DNA from: Octopus sinensis
Lineage: Eukaryota
Reading direction: 5' to 3'
Assembly: GCF_006345805.1 (NCBI RefSeq)
Contig: NC_042997.1
Span: 174,282,001 to 174,346,000, forward strand
Length of the DNA: 64,000 nt
Positions 38,525 to 51,909 of the stretch are shown piece after piece (within the stretch, counting starts at the first letter, position 1; the number at the start of each line of letters is the position of its first letter). The position numbers were made by a program, and so were the translations under genes. The notes under the pieces are model-generated. The model was not told the origin of the DNA and searched no databases. It worked only from the letters and a program-made list of their open reading frames with translations.

Positions 38525-38647
38525 TTGCAATTCATTAATTGATACTATACTTACTTGATTGTTTACTGTGACACATGTGTATTGAACTCTATTAACTGGT
38601 TATTAGTATTGCCTTACCTCAGCGGAATCATGATGTATATATATCAT

Positions 38648-38963
38648 GAGTCGCTGTGTGGTAAGTAGCTTGCTTACCAACTAAATGTTTCCGGGTTCAG
38701 TCCCGCTGCGTGGTAACTTGGGCAAGCGTCTTATACTATAGCCTCGAGCCGACCAAAGCCTTGTGAGTGGATGTGATAGAAGGAAACAGAAAGAAGCCCG
38801 TCGTATGGTGTGTGTGGTGTTGTGTGTGTGTGTTTGCGTCCCCGTAACTTAGCGGTTCGACAAAAGAAACGATTGAATAAGTACTATACTTACAAAAAAA
38901 AACGTGCTTGGGTCGATTTGCACGACTAAGGGCGGTGTTCAAATTACTGAAACATGTAAAAGA
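38648..38963 (+). mobile_element. SINE family M with internal deletions
   Basis: Family match. Confidence 0.85.
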
Positions 38964-39106
38964 ATATGTTAGTATGTGTGTGTGTTTATCTGTGTGTGTG
39001 AGTGCGTGCTTACGTATATATATATATCCTTCAATATATACGGAGAGAGAAAGAGTGAGAGAGAAAGAAATAAATAAATAAATAAATAAATAAATAAAGA
39101 AAGAAA

Positions 39107-39139
<33 letters not shown>

Positions 39140-39540
39140 GTGGGAGAGACAGACTAAGAGGCATATTGAAATAAGACATTCCAAAGTTTTTGTGCTTATA
39201 AATTTTTTAATGTATGTGTTTATATTAATATAGAGCTATGTTTAAATTTACGGTTTAATTCTATGTTTCGTCTCATAATTTTTTTGGCAAATTATATGTC
39301 TCATATTTCTGAAAGAATTATATGTAATTAGACCGCAGCATTTTCATTAATATATGTTGAATAGAACAAACCACTATAATGTTTATTCATCAATTTAATG
39401 TTTTGCTGATTTATAATATCTGGTTACATCGTGGAAGAGACACAGCAGTCATCTAAAACGTACTCCTCTGCATGGTTATATTCAGTTTTGTTGTAATTAG
39501 TGATAGTATACCAGACAAATTTCACCATACTATTACTACC

Positions 39541-39778
39541 TATTTCTTTACTACCCACAAGGGGCTACACACACACACACACAGAGGGGACAAACAATGA
39601 CAAACAAACGGATTAAGTCGATTACATCGACCCCAGTGCGTAACTGGTACTTAATTTATCGACCCCGAAAGGATGAAAGGCAAAGTCGACCTCGGCGGAT
39701 TTTGAACTCAGAACGTAACGGCAGACGAAATACGGCTACGCAATTCGCCCGGCGTGCTAACGTTTCTGCCAGCTCGCC
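39541..39778 (-). mobile_element. SINE family A with 10-bp TSD (1 mismatch)
   Basis: TATTACTACC 39531-39540 / TATTACAACC 39779-39788. Confidence 0.9.
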
Positions 39779-39878
39779 TATTACAACCAAGTCACTGAAG
39801 TTATTCTGGAGACGGGGTCTCTCACACACACATACACACAGACAGACAGACAGACAGACAGACACACACACACACACA

Positions 39879-39913
<35 letters not shown>

Positions 39914-40741
39914 ACATGATGCGTTTGGTCATTTTGAGGCCCGGTAGAATGCTATGCCACTCCGAGTTTTGACTACAGGGGATTCCTTGGCCCTTTAATG
40001 ATAAAAACAAGATGAACCTGTAGTAATTGAACTCAGAGGGAAAAGAGTCGGAGCAATTAACGCAAGGCAATCTATCTCACTAACGACTCAGCTAATTTGT
40101 CAAATCACACACACACATGTATGCATTTCTCTCTCTCTCTCTCTCTCAGTTTGCATGTGTCTGTGTCTGTGTACAATGAAATATGTAAGAAGCATGCTAT
40201 GCGTTAACAACTTTGTTTGCAAAAGCAGAGCACGAAATATATTTCAAATAATTAAGTTTTAACTATGACTATTTTGTTGACATTCTTTCAACTGTCTCAA
40301 GATTAGCAACTCATCTACGCATAGAATTAATGAGTTCTGAAATAGTAGCTTCAAGTAGTTCTGACAATATTTGGCGGAAATTATTCAACAATACTGATTG
40401 AGTGGAGGATTTTTTTTACTTTCCACATAAATTTTTTTTTAGTATTAGCTACACGTGTACTCTGAGGTTCATATCAAGGAACCTGAGAGACAGAGATAAA
40501 GAGAAGATAATGTATTCTACTGCAGAACTGGCACTTTATTTATCAAGCTTCAAAAGGATAATCGGCAAAGTTGTCCGCCACAGTATTTGAACAAGTAGCG
40601 TAGAGAGCGACTCTATCCACGCTTTGCTGGCTAAGCTAATTCTTCTCCTCGCGTTAATGAGTAAACCAAAAAACTGTTTAGTAGGAGTCCCTGCCCCTAT
40701 ACTTACACACACATACCATTTTTTCTGAAAGAAGGCAGTTT

Positions 40742-41151
40742 GGATCTTTTCGGTTTTAACGGCAGTTTTTTCTAGCGGTGTCATATGAAATTGTCACCCA
40801 TAATTATGACCCTAGTATCGATCTATTGCATTTCAATCTGTTTTAAGGTTAGGGGTGGGGGGAAGGGTATCCTTTTTTCTTCACAAATGTAAATAAACCC
40901 AATCTGTTTCTTAAACGAGGGACATATTCATACGACACAGAATGTTTTTTACCTCAATAGACGTCAGTGATTGGTTGAAATTGCAGAAATTGAAGAAAAA
41001 AACAATAAATATCTTACAAACTATAGAATTTTCTCAAAAAAGCCAAGAGAAAAAGATGTTTTATAAACACATTCTACCAGTATACGAAGTTTAAAATTTT
41101 TTAATTACCTAGAAATTATGTTAAAAACTACCGTTCAAACCGAAAAGATCC
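40742..41151. mobile_element. MITE with 29-bp TIRs and 8-bp TSD (Merlin-like)
   Basis: GGATCTTTTCGGTTTTAACGGCAGTTTTT / AAAAACTACCGTTCAAACCGAAAAGATCC; flanks GGCAGTTT and AGCAGTTT. Confidence 0.8.
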
Positions 41152-41492
41152 AGCAGTTTCAGTTATTTCCAATAAGACCACTTGCAAATATTGGCATGAA
41201 ACTATCTTCGAAAGTGGATAGGTATTTTTCCCAATTAATGTTATCAACACTCTCAAGAAATATGACCTTCCATTTTCCACAAAAACCATTAAACCATAAC
41301 AGATACAACCAATACAGTTGGTTGCAGACTGATTTATGTCAAACATCTAATTGTGTAAACTCCACACCCACACCCATCTATTGCTTGAAAATTGAGCAAA
41401 TCATGACACATTAGGAAAAAGTCAAATTGCGCCACAAAGTGACAGGTTTGTTACTTCCCTCGTTAGAACACACATTCTTCGTAGTAGTAGTG

Positions 41493-41587
<95 letters not shown>

Positions 41588-41620
41588 TAGGTAGTGGGTA
41601 GCGATTTTCTTCACTACTTC

Positions 41621-42010
41621 ATGGAGTGACGACCTTGCCTGATACGAGTCCCGGGCTCAGCTGGCTCCGGCTGACAGTACCCGGTATGGGCCCCTATCCA
41701 GGGTTATGGAAAGGAGACAACCTTCAAAGAAATCCAGAGTGGAGCCCCGTAGGCGGTTTAGTGTTCGACTAGACACTCTTCAGGCAGCTCCTGCAACCAA
41801 GCTGGTGCCAAACGTAATACTCCTTTGGACTACATCAGCAAAGTCGAGAGAGGAATTCTGACGATTGGGCTACCCAGGATTTTCTCACATCTAGCCCAGG
41901 CTTGTGCAAAACTGGAGAGGAAACTGGAGAGGACATGAAATGTAAAAATCAGACTGGATTAGTTTATGCACTACCCCATTGTCTCTGAGACAAAAGGATG
42001 CCAACAACAA
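41621..42010 (+). mobile_element. Non-coding RTE-derived short element
   Basis: GC-rich 5'-UTR-like body; ends CCATTGTCTCTGAGACAAAAGGATGCC(AAC)n, an RTE-type tail; lies between (AGT)n arrays. Confidence 0.6.
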
Positions 42011-42398
42011 GTAGTAGTAGTGTAGTAGTAGTAGTAGTAGTAGTAGTGTAGTAGTAGTAGTAGTAGTAGTAGTAGTTAGGGCTACCTGCATCAGGAAGAT
42101 AATTTTCTACTGTTTGGTGCTAACTTTGAGTTTTGTTTAACACTTCTGAAGACTGCGTGATGACAGTTCTCAAAAACTTTTTAGCGTATTTTCTCAAGAA
42201 ACAACTTTAGAGACACATATTAGAGCAGCGCTTCTGAAACATTTTTACCTGTCGCTCCTTTTTATTTATTAATCCTATTTCAACGCCCTACAGCGACATT
42301 TCAAAATCAAATATACCAAAATATTTACTTTCGATAGTTCACAAATCATTTCACCAATAAACTATGGGGCTTCAAAATAATATTTTGAGGAGTAATAT

Positions 42399-43060
42399 TG
42401 ATTTCAAGTTTTGGTACAAGGTTGGCAATTTGAAGGTACGGGGCTAGTCGAATATATCGACGCCGGTACTCAAATGGTACTTATTCTATCGACCTCGAAG
42501 GGATGAAAGGCAAATCGACTTCGGCAGAATCTGAAATGAGACCCTAAACACGAACGAAATGCGGCTAAGCATTTTGCCCTGCATGCTAACAGTTCTGTCA
42601 GCTCACCGCCTTGTGTTGAGGAGTAATATAGGCTTCAAATTTTGGCACAAGGCTATCAATTTCGATATAGGCGTAAATCGATTACATCAACCCAAGTGTT
42701 CAACTGGTACTAACTATTTCGACTCCGTAGGATGAAAGACAAAGTCGACCTCAGCGGGATTTGTACTCAGAACGCAAAGACAGGCTAAATGCCACTAGGC
42801 ATTTTCCGCGACGTTCTAACGATTCTTATTTCTTTATTGCCCACAAAGGGCTAAACATACAAGGGGAAAACAAGGACAGACAAAGGGATTAAGTCTATTA
42901 CATCGACCCCAGTACGTAACTGGTACTTAATTTATCGGCCCCGAAAGGATGAAAGGCAAAGTCGACCTCGGCAGAATTTGAACTCAGAATGTAACGGCAG
43001 AAGAAATAACGCTAAGCATTTCGCCCGGCGTGCTAACGGTTCTGCTAACTCGCCGCCTTA
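42399..43060 (-). mobile_element. Cluster of SINEs (B unit, then A+B dimer)
   Basis: Three core modules; flank motif TTGAG(GAG)TAATAT repeated three times. Confidence 0.85.
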
Positions 43061-43544
43061 TGTTGAGTAATATTACCTGATGACTCCCATATACAAGAAA
43101 AACTGAAAATAACTTTGAGAATTGAACGTTGCATTTATCATTCACCCTGATACTACCCCTTTTGGCACCCAGTATTCATACAAAAAATTTCCAGTGACCT
43201 CAAAAAAATGGTACACTTACTTTAAGAAGCTCTGTTTTAAAAGGCCTCTGTAGACCGGGCCGTAATTTTCCGATCATTTAAGCAGGGTTATAATTTCATT
43301 GACAGTAAAATGAGTTATTCCTAGAATCCTAACTGTTTGTCGCCGGGAGAGTCCAACATTAGATTAACCAACAATGATTTGTCTTTCAAAATCAGAAATT
43401 CCTTTGAAATGCTTTACTCTAACCATATTATAGAATGGGTATGTCACAATTTAAATAAAAAGGAATCATTATTAATCAATATCATGAAAACTATTCCGCT
43501 GTATACATTTTATCATAAAAGTATAGGTCTCATTCTTTGACTGG

Positions 43545-43598
43545 TTCAGTCATTGAACTGCAGCTATGCCGGGACATCACCTTCAAGGGATTTCGTCG

Positions 43599-43641
<43 letters not shown>

Positions 43642-43790
43642 ATGTTTATATAAATATACAGGACAGGCTTCCCAACAGTATCCGTCTACCAAATTCACCC
43701 ACAAATTTACGGCCTGTGGTAATAAAAGTCACTTGCCTAGGGTGACGCACAGTGGAACTGGAGCTGGATCTAGTTTTTTTCATTCGGAAA
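43545..43790 (-). mobile_element. Old SINE family M remnant
   Basis: Diverged head/centre (43660-43790) and tail (43545-43590). Confidence 0.6.
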
Positions 43791-44146
43791 ATATGCTTTC
43801 TGTAGAAGACAGTAAAAAAAATCTGAAAATTGGCTATAATAATGTAGCATTCCAGTCTCATTGCTTTGAAGGTATGATGTTGTGGAGAAAAAAAAAACGG
43901 AGAAAAAAGTTAAAGAAGTTTAAAAATCGAAACAACTGGGTATTTTTAGCCAATAGCCAGGCAGAAATTTTCTGCGTTTAGCGAAGCGGTGTCAACTTTA
44001 AGGTTGTACCCTGTGAAATGTAGCGTCTGACCTGTTCATTGTAGGTTTGTAAATAAACAGAAATACCTAGTTGCAAAGTAGGTTTGTAAATAAACAGAAA
44101 TACCAAATAAAATCATCCGGAGGTTGGCAACAAGCTTTTTACAAAT

Positions 44147-44205
44147 GGCGGTGCCCCAGCATGGCCACAGCTCATGAGCTGAAACTGGAAAAATCAAAAT
44201 CAAAA
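44147..44205 (+). mobile_element. LINE/SINE 3' tail module
   Basis: GGCGGTGCCCCAGCATGGCCACAGCTCATGAGCTGAAAC then (AAAATC)n; near-identical module at 24738-24773 (minus). Confidence 0.7.
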
Positions 44206-45865
44206 TCATGTATCATCTGGATCTAATCTTTCTTATTCATTAATTGTATTTTTTAAATATTTTAAAATTTGTTATATTAATATATTTGTCTGCATGTGTT
44301 TACTTTATGCGTATTTCAGTATTATGTATACCTGACATGTATTTATGTACATCATTAATACATAAGTGTGTGTGTGTGAAAAAGGGGGCATCTGTCTCCT
44401 AAACTCCAAAGTTGAGTAACGTTTTCATGCTTGGATTTGTAAACTACGATGAGAATACAGAAAAGGCACAGAAAAATACGTAATATACTAACACAGAAAA
44501 ATTAAAACAAAACACACGGGTGAAAAGAATCTCGTAGTGTGAAGAATCAGTTGTAAAAAAATCAACATAGAACAACGTGCGTCACAGACAACAGTGCAGT
44601 GAGCCATGAAGTCACAGACAACTGTGAAACAACAGCGAAGTGAACCGCAACACAGCGTCCTTTTGTTATGGTAACAAGCTGTTAATGCCACGCTGTCTGT
44701 TGATTGGCTAAAATTACCCAAATTTCCCAAATTTAATTCCAAATAACATCAGATTCTCTAATTTACAATTAAAGTAATTGGTTGATCGTAATCAAAATTT
44801 AGAGTTGTATCGATACACTAAAAATGAAGGCAATCTGAGAAAAAATTAAGTGGGGCTGATTCTGCAAATGAGAAAGACTAGATCCCTGGAGCTGAAGTCA
44901 AATATATAAGTGTGCATCCGTATCAATGCATGTGTGTGTGTGGGCGCATGCGTGTCTGTGTATGTGACTTCATGTTTGTATTTATGTTTACTCTCTAAAA
45001 ACCAGTCTTATAACTGTATCTGTTAAAGTCGTGCGGCGATTTGACAAATAGATCTTCATGAAAATAAAGTAAAAGGTTGACTGACAAAAAGTGCCGATGC
45101 CGAAATGGTCGACCATATAAAATCCTTGAAGGTGGTGTCCCTAGCATGGCTGTAGTCCAATGATGGCTGAAACCAGTGAAAGTATATGTTGGAAAAATAT
45201 TTAAAGAAAATAAATCAAGAAACACAATAAAGAAAATAAAACTTAGCCACCAAATTAATGAGCGAAATTAAATACATAATAACTATTTGCCAACAATTCT
45301 TGTGTAGTTGATGACTACGGAATTTTAATAGTAATTAGCACTCGAGATTGTGGATTTAAAAAAAAATAGTAATAATAAGTAGATATAATAGTGAAAAAGA
45401 GGAAATAAAAATATTGTATATTGAAGATTGTCTTATGAGATCGGCGCCAAATTATTTTGGTCGAGTCGATTCTGAGTAGGAAGGCGCCGATTTCTGTACT
45501 TTCGGCGACCACAGCAATAGAAGTAGATTGTAGAAGGGGGAGAAAGGGAGTATAAGTGTAAGAAGAGCGAAGCAAACAGAGAAGATTGTGGGTGGTGGAG
45601 AGAATGTGGTCGGGAGAAGTTTGATGTTCGGTGCCAGGAGCAAGTTTCTGTAATAGCTACTTTTCTTCTCACATAATTGATGGCTATTTTCTCCGTACTA
45701 GTCATCTAATACAAATATATACCTTCTTCCGCACACACATAACATACATACGCGTATAAACATATATTTGTGTGTGTGTATATATATATATATATTATAT
45801 ATATATGTATATATATATATATTATATATATATATATGTATGTATATATATATAATATATAATAT

Positions 45866-45896
<31 letters not shown>

Positions 45897-46048
45897 GTAT
45901 GTATTTATGTATGTATGAATGTATGTATGTAAACATAAGCACACAAACAACCTACTCCACACACACACACACAGAGAAACGTTCAGATGTACAGCAACAT
46001 TACTCCTTCTCTATCACTCTTTTCTTTATGTGTGTGTCACTGTGTACT

Positions 46049-46160
<112 letters not shown>

Positions 46161-46945
46161 ATATAGATGGATACGTGTACATATATATGTATATATATCT
46201 GTATATATATATACACACATACAAACAAATATATGCGTACACACACACAGACATACACATGTATACGTATGTATAGGTGTATGTATGTGTGGGAAGGGGT
46301 ATGTTTGTATGCATGCATCTTTCTGCGTATATATTTAATTGTCATACCCAAACAGAATCGCTCTCAAATACAAACAAATGTGTCACCCTGATGTGGATAA
46401 ATATAAGTGCCGGTGTTTATCTATATGTTTGTGTATGCGTGCGTGTATGTGTGTGTGTGTATGTGTGTGTGTGTGTGTGTGCGTGTGTGTGTGTGTGTGT
46501 GTGTTGCCGAATGCATGCTAATGCATGTAATCATTAAATCATATGACGTATGTATACATTCTGTATTATATATATACGTGTGTTTGTGTACATATATGTA
46601 CAAATATGCATACACTCATACACGCATATATATAGAGGTATGCGTTTAATGAAAACAAAAACTAGTTACAATAGCAATTAAAGCGATATACTTCCAATTT
46701 CTACCAGCACCATCACCATCACTGAATCATGGAACCATCCAACCAACAAACCACCCAAACCCCAAATATGGCTTAATTAGACAGAAAAACGTTGTTACAT
46801 TCGACAAACCAATCAGTTCAACGGTAGACATAGAAACTCACTTCATGGAGATTTCACGGCGCCAGACCGAATGCAAACCCTTCTCTAAGAAGAAACGGAG
46901 ACAAACCAATATTCACATTGGCTTGAAATATGCGCTAACAGATTG

Positions 46946-46983
<38 letters not shown>

Positions 46984-48464
46984 CATACATACATACATGT
47001 GTGTGTGTGTGTGTGTACGTACAGAGAGGCAGACGAATCAAATTATATGAAATACCCCTCAAGATAAATTCTGGATTTATTCAAGTAAACTCTCCTTCAA
47101 GAGATGTGTAAGGAAATGTCTTGTGGTAATTCCGACCAATTCCAAATGAGAAGAGGAAATATTCTCAGGAATCGAGATTTCTCCGTAATTGGCATGTTAG
47201 TAATGAAATTACGTTCTAATTTCTGGAGACATGAAAGACAGTTGTAGAACCATTATGCGTGTTTCTTCCTCAAGAAGCGTCATCAAATCAGCTATTGTCG
47301 TATTTTGGATGCAGCAGACAAGATTGCCAGATATATTTGATATATATAAAGCATGTGAAAATCGTTTATGGCTTAGGATTATTTGCATAATCTCTTCGAA
47401 AATAGGCTAAGAGAAATAACTTAGAGTAGCTGTAACATATAAGTATATAGCAAGTATCATAGAAAATAAATTTTGATAAGTACATTGATTTACTGAGCAT
47501 GTGGCGGTTCCAATGGAAAGTGAGTTTTATTTAGTTGATGTAGTAGAGTGTTTTAACGAAAATTACAAGCTAAACAAACTAAAAATTCTGTTGTGTCTGG
47601 GGAGAGTCATTTTCTTTTTGTGCCTTATAATGTACCACACTCACCGGTAAATTTTCCACTTATTTCTTATTTTTATTTACCTAAAATTTTCGTTGCGTCT
47701 TGCAACCTTTTCAATAGTCTTGACTCTGTCAGTTATTTATACTGCGTTCCTAAAAATGGCAATGAGATAATAAGAGATTTTAACCACTTACACGTAGAAA
47801 CAAAAAGGGAAGATATATTAAAATGAACGAAATATATACGATTGTAAATGATGCAGTTGTGTATGCATGCTCGTTTGGTTGAAATTACGTAGCTGATAAC
47901 TGATTTTGTAGACACGTTGAATAAATGTATGAAGTTAATTTCATTCAATAAAACAGTCAAGTTGTGACAATGCACGTGTGTGTAAGTGTGTATGTGTGTG
48001 AGAGAGAGAGTGAGAGTGAGAGTGAGAGTGAGAGAGAGAGATGAGAGAGAGAGATGAACATGAGAGAGAATGTGAGTGTGAACTGACACAGTTCACTTTT
48101 AAATCAACAGTCTAGCAAAGCAGATAAAGGTGGTGACAGCTCATGCTGCAGAATTTCATTGTTGACGAAGCAGCCTGCCAGAAATCATCTGCTGATAATC
48201 TTATAGGCACTAATGTAGACATTAGCTGAACAAGTTTTTCTTCAAAGTGGTGTCATGATAAAGGTTCTTATATCAAGTCTGAATAAGCTGAATGTTATGC
48301 ATTTAACAGCCTTCATTGATCAGTTTCTTGTCGTCATTAGGGCTTTTTAAAGAGTATTCCACAACATTCAGTGGTCAATTTATTGCTGATGTCATCAATC
48401 TATTAGATGACATCAGCAATAAGCATGTAGTAAAATTTCCTATCTGAAACAAGTACAAGAGTGC

Positions 48465-48521
<57 letters not shown>

Positions 48522-48522
<1 letters not shown>

Positions 48523-48737
48523 TTTATTTTAAGCAGCAGAAAATTAACAAAATCTGTTACTCTGAGTTTCTCGTTGCCGTTCATCAGACAGTTTTTGCTA
48601 GCTGATGAACGGCAACGAGAAACTCAGAGTAACAGATTTTGTTGAATTTTCTGCTGCTTAAAATAAAGCATATTACTCTACCACTGGTATTTGAGTACTC
48701 TTTTTTCCACCTTGTTTCACATTTATGTGTTTACTCC

Positions 48738-48740
<3 letters not shown>
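48522..48740. mobile_element. Head-to-head palindromic pair of hammerhead-bearing mini-elements in (TA)n
   Basis: 48522-48587 inverted at 48602-48668, 14-nt spacer; TA arrays on both sides. Confidence 0.85.
48548..48597 (-). ncRNA. Minimal type-I hammerhead ribozyme, intact core
   Basis: CAAAAACTGT-CTGATGA-A-CG-GCAA-CG-A-GAAA-CTCAGAGT-A-ACAGATTTTG; stem I 9/10 paired, GNRA-capped stem II. Confidence 0.75.
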
Positions 48741-48775
<35 letters not shown>

Positions 48776-49085
48776 CAAGATAGTAATAAATTATTTTGAA
48801 AATTTTTACCACTAGTGGCCTAGCGTGTAGAAAAACTAGTCAATAAACTATATATTATTCATTATAGATACAGTGTACATTTAAACACATAAGACGTGGC
48901 CATAATAGGACATCTAACCCGCTAGAAGGAGTAGTTAAAATCCAAATCACTATTAGGGGTAAAATTGATCGAAAAGGAATGAAAAATAGAAACATTTCCC
49001 AACTATTTCCTGGACCATGTTTCAAGCTATCTTTAGCAAATAAAGTAATTTGCTAGGCGGAAGATAGCTTGAAACCATGGTCTAG

Positions 49086-49130
<45 letters not shown>

Positions 49131-49338
49131 GTTGGCAGCCAGCCATGTGACTAGAACTCACATCCCTGTGATTATGCGTCAAGTGCTTTACGATCAAGCT
49201 AAACTTCACAGCGACAAATTCTTTTGCAATTTTAGGATGTATAGATCTAGATTTATAAGATGTTATCGTACGTTAGCCGCCGACAGATTTTTCTGCAACA
49301 TATGGATAGTTTCTCCTGTTCATGCTATATTATTAGCA

Positions 49339-50360
49339 TTATCCTGCGTTTGAGAATAAAATTATTTCCTTATATGTATCTTTCAATACATCTCAACGCT
49401 TCTAAAGCAAATTTTGTTGACTTTCAACATAAGTTGAATTTAATATATATGTATATATTTTTCAATTCTTAGTGCAAGTTTGAAGAGTGCTGTTCGATTT
49501 TAACAGTTATTTTTTCGAAGCTATTATGGCATTGGCAAAGAAGCATATTCGGCATATTTTGCTTTATGCATTAAATAAAGGCAACAACGCAACAGAAAGT
49601 GCGAGGAGTATTAATGCAGTATATAGAGATCGGACAATGAGCGTAAGCCAGTGTCAACGGCGGACCCAGAAATTTCGAGCGGGAAACTACAGCCTAGAAG
49701 ACGAACCTCGTCCTGGAAGATCTGCAGAGTTCGACGAGGACGTCCTGCATACCCTGGTAGAACACAATCGCATCGTAACTGTTGAGGAACTAGTAGAGGA
49801 GCTTCGATTTGGTCGTTCAACCATTCATCGACACCTGCGTGCCATCGGAAAAGTCAGCAAATTGGGTAAATGTGTTCCTCACAAACTTTCAGTCTGATCG
49901 TACGCAGAGAGTGATGTATGTTCTTCTTTGCTGTCAATTCCCACGAACGAACCTTTTTTGGACCGAATAGTGACTGGTGACGAGAAATGGGTTCTTTATA
50001 AAAATGTCAAGCGCCAAAGACAGTGGGTAGAGAAAGGAGAAACACCATAACTAAAGAAGGTCTACACCTACGTAAGGTGTTGTTATCTGTTTGGTGGGAT
50101 ATGAAAGGTGCTGTCCACTTTGAACTTTTAAACCTAAACCAAGCGATAACAAAGGAGATCTACTGCGATCAACCTGAGCGGCTTAAATAAGCGCTAGAAG
50201 AAAAACGACCGTCTTTAGTTTTAAGACGAAAAGTATTTTTCCATCAGGATAATGCTCGGTCACATACAGCGAGGATGACATTCCAAAGGCTGGAGTAGTT
50301 TGAATATTCGCCGGACATTGCCCCCATCTGGTTATCAGTTATTCCGCAGTGTTCAAAATT
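49339..50360 (+). pseudogene. Degenerate near-full-length mariner transposase
   Basis: ATG 49526; HIRHILLY, SLEDEPRPGR, CVPHKL, IVTGDEKW, FHQDNARSHT, (Y)SPDIAPS; stops and frameshifts; 3' end replaced by a SINE. Confidence 0.92.
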
Positions 50361-50622
50361 CACGAGGCTCCAGCAGGGGGTGGTGGTGAACTCTGCTATA
50401 CTCTTTCACCAAAACTTTTATTATTTGTTCCTGTTTCTATTGTACTTGTATTTCAAAGGCCAGCCTTGTCACACACTGTATCACGCTGAATATCCCCGAG
50501 AACTACGTTAAGAGTGCACGTGTCTGTGGGGTGCTCGGCCACTTGCACATTAATTTCATGAGCAGGCTGTTCCGTTGGTCGGATCAACTAGAACCCTCGT
50601 CGTCGCAACCGACGGAGTGCTA
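50361..50622 (+). mobile_element. Headless copy of tRNA(Arg)-like SINE
   Basis: Homologous to 33950-34220. Confidence 0.85.
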
Positions 50623-51277
50623 CGATTTTCATACCTTTGTTTTCTTTCATTTTTGTTTTTGTTTCTGTTTTTTTGTTTTGTTTGTTTGTTTTTCGTTTTT
50701 AGTATACGATGGCCAGCGAAATTATTATCTGCTTATGTTATTGAGAAGGTTTCTGGTACATTGTTCATCTAAAGAGTTCACCGTTTATTAGTGATACAGT
50801 ATATGTTATCGTTAGCATTCGTACAAAGGATCGCCTGTGTACTATTTAGCTAAGCTTTCGCCTTTATTCGTTAATGTTTCAAAGACCACAGCTGCAAAGT
50901 CTCTGAACGCAAATTGATCTTCCATCATCTTTGATTATGTTAACCCAGTTGTTCCATCAACATGACTTTCTATTCCCTGAATAATAACACAACAAACTGA
51001 GTGTTCCTCCATAAACTTGTACTATTAATGCAATTCTGTAACTCAAAACATCACTAGAGATTTTGGAATCACAGGTACGGTTCTTGTATCATAAGAGTGC
51101 AATCGGCTGAAAGTTCCAGTGGCACATTTGTACCATTAACAACAACCGCTCATAAAGAATATTTACCATCATGCAATCCACCTTAATTGAATCAAGTTAG
51201 AATGTTATAGGTTAATCTTGATTTATTGTCCTATCCTACGTTAATAACCTACATGGTTTCCCCTGCCTTATTTTTTT

Positions 51278-51316
<39 letters not shown>

Positions 51317-51830
51317 TTTTTGCAAAAATTAGTCATGATTTGTTCTCATGGTTAGGAGTATAATTTTAATTAGAATTTCTTGCCTTAATACATCAAGTAT
51401 CTAATAGTCCACTTTACTGTTAGGTTTTCATGCAGCAGGCATCCATGTGTATTTTCCCCAGTCATTCTTTATTAATATCTCAACTTGGCGTTTCAGTATC
51501 TTTTATTGAATTTATGCTGCGTTAAACAATTACCCATAACTACTACACTCATTTGATAATTTAATAACTGGTGTTTTCAGTCAAATAAAATAAAATACTA
51601 AATACGTTTATAATTTCATTAGAATATTCACCCTGTCAAATTATGAGCAGTAATCGAAATTTAAAAATTAAATAAACAAGTTTGAAAAAAACTAAAAATA
51701 ATTATCCCCCCTCCTAAACTCTGCATCAAAAGTGGGTCACACTAATTCTTCATTCTCTTGACTATCACAACATGGCGTTCTCACTTCGCTTTGTCATTTT
51801 TCTGTCTGTCTGTTTATCTGTCTGTCTGTC

Positions 51831-51909
<79 letters not shown>

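Noticed and set aside
41621-41820. HDV-like ribozyme at the 5' end of the RTE-derived element
   Set aside because: P2-like (TGATAC/GTAATA), P3 (GAG/CTC) and P4-like (CCGGCT/AGCTGG) pairings exist, but P1/P1.1 register and the L3 consensus fail
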